Shown here: positions 58,310 through 64,000 of the stretch, piece by piece
Numbering within the stretch: position 1 is the stretch's first letter
Layout: every line of letters begins with the position of its first letter
Origin: a virus
IMG/VR virus record: IMGVR_UViG_3300046323_000673
Span: 1-64,000 of that record
DNA length: 64,000 nucleotides
Reading direction: 5' to 3' (one strand)
Made by a program: the position numbers and the translations under genes
Notes under the pieces: generated by a model
The model's database searches: none
Seen by the model: only the letters and a program-made list of their open reading frames with translations
What the model was told of the DNA's origin: nothing

Positions 58310-58346
58310 CGGGGGGAAGCTCCTTCGTTTGGGTTCATGGCACACA

Positions 58347-58376
58347 AAATCCAATTGGATCGATCCAATTGGATTT
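58347..58376. repeat. 30-bp nested palindrome, copy 18 (extends to 58344-58379)
   Basis: Exact; between divergent genes. Confidence 0.97.
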
Positions 58377-58414
58377 TGTCGGCAGTAGTACGAAAAGAAA
58401 ACAAACAACATCAC

Positions 58415-58443
58415 TTGACACCCTAGGCATCATGCCCTATATA
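58415..58443 (+). promoter_or_regulatory. sigma70-type promoter with A-rich UP-like tract
   Basis: TTGACA-17-TATATA. Confidence 0.7.
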
Positions 58444-58492
58444 TGGGTTGTCGACGGCGCGATGAGTGCTGCAACAAGGGAGCTGGACGAAG

Positions 58493-58696
58493 ATGAACAT
58501 CGGGGACGTGGTAACCGCAAAGGTTCGATGTGAAGTGGTTGAGCTTGTTGTGTCGTCGGTGATTCAGGTTTCCGACGCGATGAAGCAAGCCAAGCCCGGT
58601 ATTGTGTGTACGATCATCGCAGAAGGCAGCCACAAGCGTACGCAGTTGTGCAAGATCGCTGACGTGTTCTCTGATGGTTGCGTTGCTTGGATGTGA
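58493..58696 (+). CDS. small hypothetical protein
   Basis: MNIGDVV...; SD AAGGGAG. Confidence 0.6.
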   Translation: MNIGDVVTAKVRCEVVELVVSSVIQVSDAMKQAKPGIVCTIIAEGSHKRTQLCKIADVFSDGCVAWM

Positions 58697-59373
58697 TGAG
58701 CCAATCGCATCTTTGATGAACCCCGACGATAGCGCCGGGCTCAGTGCGTTAAGTGCCTAGAACATTGTCACAAGACGGCCCCTGGAACGCGTCGACATTC
58801 CCGAACCACCAAAGACACGACCGAACCAACCAACGACGCACCTTGCCCGGTTCTATTGCGAACGAAATACGTTCACGACCGGGCGAGTGTTACGCGTTTG
58901 GGCTAGCGGGTCGTGCGGCGTGAGGGGGTAGGGGGTTTTGTTGTTGCCGTTTGGGAGACGGCTGCGCGTTCGCTTGCCGTCGTGGCGATGGGTTCAAGTA
59001 CAGCGCGTTCACCACTCGCACTTGGTCCAACAACATCACGTCGCGACGTCGTTGCGTGCAACGCAACGGAGCACTCCGCTAGGAGTGCTCCTGAGACAAT
59101 GATCAAGTATGATTACGAAATATAGCGATATATTGCGTAAGATCTAAGTATTTCGATCCCATACAAAATAGTACCTTGACACCTTGCCTATGTCACGTCA
59201 CCCTAGAGGGCGGCGGGAGGGGAAGGTCTGGATCTTACGCGTGCGTGTGTGCGCATGCGCGTGTACGCGTGACGTGCGCGAGGGGCGATCGAATGAGGTG
59301 TGGGCGACCTGAGACGTCCACACGTGACGAGTTTGGACCATCGCCGGGACGTGTTTTGCTATGTTACCCGATG

Positions 59374-59403
59374 AAATCCAATTGGATCGATCCAATTGGA
59401 TTT
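59374..59403. repeat. 30-bp nested palindrome, copy 19
   Basis: Exact; both flanks resemble those of copy 2. Confidence 0.97.
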
Positions 59404-59450
59404 GCATTTTGGTTGTTGAACGTACCGAAAATAAAAAGATCAAGATCGTC

Positions 59451-59479
59451 TTGACTACCTAGACAACATGCCCTATATA
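59451..59479 (+). promoter_or_regulatory. sigma70-type promoter with A-rich UP-like tract
   Basis: TTGACT-17-TATATA preceded by GAAAATAAAAAG. Confidence 0.7.
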
Positions 59480-59528
59480 TGGGTTGTCGACGGCGTGATG
59501 GGTGCCGAGACAAGGGAGCAAGACGCGC

Positions 59529-59762
59529 ATGAACACGACGGACGCAAACGGCAAGACCCTAGATCAAGCTCGTGAATACGCACAGGCCACCGCGAACAAG
59601 CTTGGCGCGTCCACGAACGATCGAGTCGTCACGCTGAACCAGCTCTACCATTCGAAGCGTCGCTGGTCATACGGCGTGCGCTTTGAACTTCCAGGCGATT
59701 TGACGACGAAGGTCGTGGACGGCTCGCGCATCGAATCGGTTGAACAGTTTTACCCACAATGA
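59529..59762 (+). CDS. small hypothetical protein
   Basis: SD AAGGGAG; same leader as 58493 gene. Confidence 0.65.
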   Translation: MNTTDANGKTLDQAREYAQATANKLGASTNDRVVTLNQLYHSKRRWSYGVRFELPGDLTTKVVDGSRIESVEQFYPQ

Positions 59763-59829
59763 GATCCACGCATTCCTGATGAACCCCGACGATGGCGTCG
59801 GGGTTTGGTGCGTTGAAGGGTAGGAGATC

Positions 59830-60138
59830 ATGAGCATGTGTTGCAGGAATCATCTGTTGTGTTTGGGCCTTGGCGCGGATTGCGCGCCTCCCATTGAACT
59901 TGAAGTGCTTTTCAATGGGGAGCTTTCGCGCACGATTCCCGTGTCGAACACTTCACCCGAAGCGATTCACGAGGCGCTCGATTCGGCTCCCATGGGCGGG
60001 GGTTGGGGCGTGCGTATCAAGAGCACCGCCGATATCCTCGACTTGATTGGTGCATTTCACACAGTGGCAACTGCAAGTGGTTGGGTTTTCGAGTCTCAGT
60101 TTGGGATGATGTTTGATTGTGCCGAGGTTTCGCAATGA
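59830..60138 (+). CDS. hypothetical protein
   Basis: SD AGGAG. Confidence 0.65.
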   Translation: MSMCCRNHLLCLGLGADCAPPIELEVLFNGELSRTIPVSNTSPEAIHEALDSAPMGGGWGVRIKSTADILDLIGAFHTVATASGWVFESQFGMMFDCAEVSQ

Positions 60139-60311
60139 CACGGGCGGCACAGGAACTCACGAGTATCGTCGACGACTACGAGCGGGAAGCAAACGAGTTC
60201 GAACAATGCGCGGCGATGCGTCGCGGTGACATGAAGCTCGAGCGGGAAGCGATGACTTGCCGCTCGGAAGCACGCAGGGTTCGTCAAGAATTGGAAAGGT
60301 TTGGACGATGA
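60135..60311 (+). CDS. small helical hypothetical protein
   Basis: ATGA overlaps on both sides. Confidence 0.55.
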   Translation: MTRAAQELTSIVDDYEREANEFEQCAAMRRGDMKLEREAMTCRSEARRVRQELERFGR

Positions 60312-60613
60312 AATCTATTTCAATCAATGGGCGCGTAGTTAGTGCCCGTTCATGTGGTGTAAATGTATTTTGTCGCGATATTCATGCAAGTGGGATTATT
60401 TGTATTTATGAAAATTCAAGCGGTCATCCCCCAGTTGGCGATATGCCAGCACATGTACATACGACAACAACTCGTAAACATGGGCCGATGTATTGGAATT
60501 CAGATGAAGGTCCATTGTTTTTTATGAATGAGTTAAGACAACCGATTGACCCACCATTGGCATGGACTCACGGCTGTTTTGCCGTCTTGAACGATAAAGG
60601 CGAATTGATATGA
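60308..60613 (+). CDS. hypothetical protein
   Basis: ATGA overlap; CRDIHASGIICIY motif; AT-richer DNA. Confidence 0.6.
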   Translation: MKSISINGRVVSARSCGVNVFCRDIHASGIICIYENSSGHPPVGDMPAHVHTTTTRKHGPMYWNSDEGPLFFMNELRQPIDPPLAWTHGCFAVLNDKGELI

Positions 60614-61146
60614 AAAACAATCGAGTGATTACATTCCTTCAGCGCAAGGGTGCACGCGAAACGTGGGAGTACGAGCGGGTCGTGATCCTGCTGCTTGAAC
60701 TGGCCTGCTTGGTCGCGGGTGTGCTCGCGTCCCCGTCACGTACCACGATGCTTCTAATGGCAATCGATTTGCCGCGTTCGCTTTACGCAACCGAACTTGC
60801 ACGAGCGGTACGGTCAGGAGCGGCAAGGAAGGCCGAACGCGCGAAAGCAATGGGCATCCCTGAAGTCGAGCTTGCGTGCTCGCGGGATATTGAACGCGCG
60901 GCGAAGAATCAGCAGCTCATGACTGCGGCACAACCCGTGGTCGGACTTGCGTTGTCAGTCGCGGGTTCGGGGCAGGGATTCACGCGAGCGATCATTGTGG
61001 GGTTTATCGTGTCGGTGATTCGATGGGCGAGCGTCGAAGTGTATGGAGTTTGGCGCGCGTGGTATCGGGAACGTGTACCCGTGCAGGTGACAAGACAATC
61101 ACGTGATTTGACTCATGCGCTCATGATTGGGCAGGTGAAATCATGA
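60610..61146 (+). CDS. putative membrane protein
   Basis: Hydrophobic segments VVILLLELACLVAGVLA and AIIVGFIVSVIRW. Confidence 0.65.
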   Translation: MKNNRVITFLQRKGARETWEYERVVILLLELACLVAGVLASPSRTTMLLMAIDLPRSLYATELARAVRSGAARKAERAKAMGIPEVELACSRDIERAAKNQQLMTAAQPVVGLALSVAGSGQGFTRAIIVGFIVSVIRWASVEVYGVWRAWYRERVPVQVTRQSRDLTHALMIGQVKS

Positions 61147-61823
61147 ATCGCGTATCATTCCACGGCGACGCATCGTTGCCGCATTACGTGCACGGCGGGC
61201 ATTTCGAGTACAGCCATGAAGTCAATGGGATCCCAACGTGGGAAAGCGTCAAGGTGCCTCGTGAGCTTTGGGGTGAAGGATATCCATGGTGCACTGATAA
61301 AGATCGCGAGTATTATCGTCAATGGGATCATCGGCAGTTCCTTCCATACGTTCAATTGCGTCCTGAAGACAAACCATGTGGGCAATCCCGTGGTGAAGGT
61401 CAAGGAGCTGGCACTGCGCAAATAACGTACACGGCGAGCCATACAGTTTTCGCGTGCTGGGATTACACCGGCGATGTTCGCGGCGGGAGCTATTCGATGT
61501 TTTGGATCGATGGTCGGCTATCGGCAAACGATATGATCACCGCGATCAATAGAGACTTCCCGTGCATCTGGGCACGCATTACGGGTGGCAGCGGCGCAAT
61601 GCATGTTTGGGGCGATGATCCTCCGCCGGTTGCGACTGCCTTGGACGTGGTTGCAGTGGCGAAAGTAGCGACGTCAAAAGCAGAACCCGCGCCAACGTAT
61701 GACTTTTCGATTCCTGACGAGCTGTTCGTTAGGGCAGCACCCACGCCCGAACTTGTGCAGATCGTCGAAGATGCCACACCTGTTGCCAATGAACAATTGC
61801 GAAGTGCGATGGTGAAACCATGA
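61143..61823 (+). CDS. hypothetical protein
   Basis: 226 aa, WDYTGDVRGGSYS motif; ATGA overlap. Confidence 0.7.
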   Translation: MNRVSFHGDASLPHYVHGGHFEYSHEVNGIPTWESVKVPRELWGEGYPWCTDKDREYYRQWDHRQFLPYVQLRPEDKPCGQSRGEGQGAGTAQITYTASHTVFACWDYTGDVRGGSYSMFWIDGRLSANDMITAINRDFPCIWARITGGSGAMHVWGDDPPPVATALDVVAVAKVATSKAEPAPTYDFSIPDELFVRAAPTPELVQIVEDATPVANEQLRSAMVKP

Positions 61824-62116
61824 ATTGGAAAGCTGACGAATCCGGTTCGTTTTCTGAACTGAACATTGACCCGTTCACGTTGCGCGTTGCGTGCGGCGAC
61901 AATGGGAAGTTTTACGCGGCCGTTTTTCGCAGTACCATCGTTTGCACGATGACGTTCTCAATGTACAAGACGGAAGCGAACGCGCAACGTGCCGCGGTGA
62001 AGCTGTTCGAGAAATACGTGACCAGTGAATGGCAAGTGCTTCGCGATGCATTCGCGAATTTGCGTTTGCAAAGTAATGATAAACGAAAGCGAATGCCGAA
62101 GTTTGTTCCTTTATGA
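61820..62116 (+). CDS. hypothetical protein
   Basis: ATGA overlap. Confidence 0.6.
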   Translation: MNWKADESGSFSELNIDPFTLRVACGDNGKFYAAVFRSTIVCTMTFSMYKTEANAQRAAVKLFEKYVTSEWQVLRDAFANLRLQSNDKRKRMPKFVPL

Positions 62117-62125
62117 GGTGAAGTC

Positions 62126-62434
62126 ATGAAGCGCAAAATCATGCAAGCGACTGTCATTCGATTGGACAAGAATGGTATTCCACCGAGCGTGAAGCCGAAC
62201 TCGTTTTGGCTCATGAACAAGCAAGAGACGGGTTGGTCAAGCCATGGGTACCCATACCCTTCAATTGGCAGACTTCTTAATGAATGGGATGTTTTATTAG
62301 GTGCATCTGGTAACGATAAGCATGGTGCATTCATTAAAGCGCATCCTATTCCTGACGATCCGCATGAGCGATACAATCGATTGAAAGAACATCGAAACAC
62401 TTTGCGAATGCTTGTCGATAATTCAGTTGCATGA
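62126..62434 (+). CDS. hypothetical protein
   Basis: SD GAGGT. Confidence 0.6.
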   Translation: MKRKIMQATVIRLDKNGIPPSVKPNSFWLMNKQETGWSSHGYPYPSIGRLLNEWDVLLGASGNDKHGAFIKAHPIPDDPHERYNRLKEHRNTLRMLVDNSVA

Positions 62435-62441
62435 TCCGTAC

Positions 62442-63941
62442 GTGAAGCGGATATCCATTACGATCGACAACAGATTGCGTATGCGTGCGAGCGATCTCGA
62501 TTCCGAGACGCTTACCCACCTGCAACGCGAATTCACCCACCGCAACCCCCAAAAGGCCAAGCTCGAAAAGCAGACGGAAGGCGCGAAGTACAATCGCGCC
62601 AAACCGTTCCTGAAGTTCGCCCTTGCGAAAAGCGCAGCCGCACAACCCGCGACGATTTCGACGTGGGCATTGAATGGCGACGAACTCACGTTCCCCCGTG
62701 GCGGGCGCGAACGATTGACGTTCATGCTTGAGGATCGCGATTACTTGGTCGACACGATTGATCAACGCACGGACGGCACGCTTCCCTGGCCGAACGCGCG
62801 CTACACGGGCGAGCTATGGGACTTTCAGCAACGCATGGTTGAGACGGGCATGCAGGTTGAGGAAGGCATCGCGCGTAGCCCTACAGGCTCGGGAAAGACC
62901 GAAGCAATCATCGGGCTTATGTGCGAAGCGAATCTGCCATCACTCGTGATCGTGCATGGGCACGCATTGCTTGATCAATGGATTCGTCGGGTGCGGCAAT
63001 CGACGAATATCAATGATATCGGAATCATTGGCGATGGGAAGTTTGACCCGAAGCCGATTACAATCGGGATGCAGCAAACGCTTGCTCGCCGAATCGATAA
63101 GGTTAGAGGGTTTTTTGGGTTCGTCGCGTGTGACGAGGCGCATCTATTCGCGGCTGATACGTTTCTTGAAGTGGTTGATCAATTGCCTTCGCGGTACCGG
63201 GTTGGATTCACCGCGGACGAACACCGTAAAGATGGGAAGGAATTCCTGCTCTACGATACGCTTGGGCCTGTCTTCGCGGAAGTGAAGGAAAAGAAGCTTG
63301 TTGATGAAGGGTACATTCTGGACGTCGAAGTTCGCCTTGTGCCCACAGGTTTCGAGCGGCAATGGTGGACCGATCTTCACCCGCAAGCACGCGGAATGGA
63401 AATGCTTCGGCTTATTAACGAAATGGGCGAAGACAACGAACGGAACGCAATCGCTACCCAAATCGCGTTATGGGCAGCGCGGGAAGGGCACCAAGTGCTT
63501 GTGATGGCGCATCACACCGTGCATTGTCGTCGACTGCTTGCCGATATTGCCGCGTCAAACCCGCGCGTTGGATTGCTTATCGGCGAAGACAAAGACGCGT
63601 ACGTGCGAGGTATCGCAGGAATGATGCAGGGTTCCGTTCAGATCGGCGTTGGTACCTACAAGAAGATGGGTACCGGCATTGATTTGAAGGCATTGTCAAG
63701 GGGTGTTGCCGTCACGCCGGTGCACTTGAACAAGTTTTTCCTGAAGCAACTGAAGGGTCGGTTCTGTCGCACTGCTACCGATAAAGCAGATTCGGCGATC
63801 TACGTGCTGTACGACGAATTGATCTTCGGACTCGCGCCAGTGGAAAACTTCAAACGTTGGGCGTCACGTGTGCTTGTGCGTGATGATGACCAATGGATTG
63901 ACGCGAAAGAATACTTGAAGCGCGAGAAGGCCGAATCATGA
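62442..63941 (+). CDS. superfamily 2 (DEAH, ResIII/UvsW-like) helicase
   Basis: LWDFQ, SPTGSGKT, CDEAH, GFTA, GTGIDL, QLKGRFCR; GTG 62442 preceded by CATGAT-N6; ORF track start 62412. Confidence 0.9.
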   Translation: MKRISITIDNRLRMRASDLDSETLTHLQREFTHRNPQKAKLEKQTEGAKYNRAKPFLKFALAKSAAAQPATISTWALNGDELTFPRGGRERLTFMLEDRDYLVDTIDQRTDGTLPWPNARYTGELWDFQQRMVETGMQVEEGIARSPTGSGKTEAIIGLMCEANLPSLVIVHGHALLDQWIRRVRQSTNINDIGIIGDGKFDPKPITIGMQQTLARRIDKVRGFFGFVACDEAHLFAADTFLEVVDQLPSRYRVGFTADEHRKDGKEFLLYDTLGPVFAEVKEKKLVDEGYILDVEVRLVPTGFERQWWTDLHPQARGMEMLRLINEMGEDNERNAIATQIALWAAREGHQVLVMAHHTVHCRRLLADIAASNPRVGLLIGEDKDAYVRGIAGMMQGSVQIGVGTYKKMGTGIDLKALSRGVAVTPVHLNKFFLKQLKGRFCRTATDKADSAIYVLYDELIFGLAPVENFKRWASRVLVRDDDQWIDAKEYLKREKAES

Positions 63942-64000
63942 GAACGATGAAACCGCTTCCACCATTGCCGAATCACGTGCTTGCAAAGCAGGGCCTTGGC

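Noticed and set aside
522-59403. CRISPR array interpretation of the 30-bp repeat (with DinG as a type IV component)
   Set aside because: Copies are kilobases apart and separated by whole genes, not 30-40 bp spacers; no cas genes recognised.
522-59403. Protelomerase (telRL-like) target
   Set aside because: Such sites are single-copy; 19 copies would fragment the genome, and no protelomerase is visible.
522-59403. Assembly or adapter artefact
   Set aside because: Copies are strictly intergenic, three carry independent substitutions, and flanks hold positioned regulatory motifs. Unlikely, though raw reads were not available.
401-59454. Many ORF-track peptides containing KSNWIDPIGF, IQLDRSNWI or NPIGSIQLDF
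   Set aside because: They are translations of the palindrome in spurious ORFs or false N-terminal extensions (e.g. 7649-8737, 13462, 34578, 57254-58414), not a protein repeat.
59768-59814. Hammerhead ribozyme (CTGATGA followed by a stem)
   Set aside because: The required GAAA after stem II is absent, and the second copy has TTGATGA.

Overview
The whole window reads as part of one tailed dsDNA phage (or prophage) with a contractile tail. It has DNA-metabolism genes (DinG-type helicase, ParB-family protein, Dam-type adenine methyltransferase, MazG-like pyrophosphohydrolase, SF2 helicase), a large terminase, and a head-neck-tail-baseplate module at about 23.7-53.3 kb. Cys-rich lipoproteins hint at a myxobacterial host, but this is inference. 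No integrase or lysis gene was recognised. The dominant unexplained signal is a 30-bp perfect nested palindrome, AAATCCAATTGGATCGATCCAATTGGATTT, found 19 times, always between genes and every 1-7 kb. It carries tandem GATC sites at its centre and has -10-like hexamers 7-8 bp from its edges. It often sits at the head of small antisense genes inserted into the virion operon. Also found: a 3.3-kb IS1-family element with cargo genes, terminal inverted repeats and an 8-bp target duplication that splits a phage gene; a tRNA-like RNA with an over-long anticodon arm next to one palindrome; a -1 frameshift site in the tail chaperone gene; and a genome-wide CATGAT-N6/7-start motif suggesting leaderless transcripts. 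All calls come from reading motifs and gene order by eye; no database searches were run.
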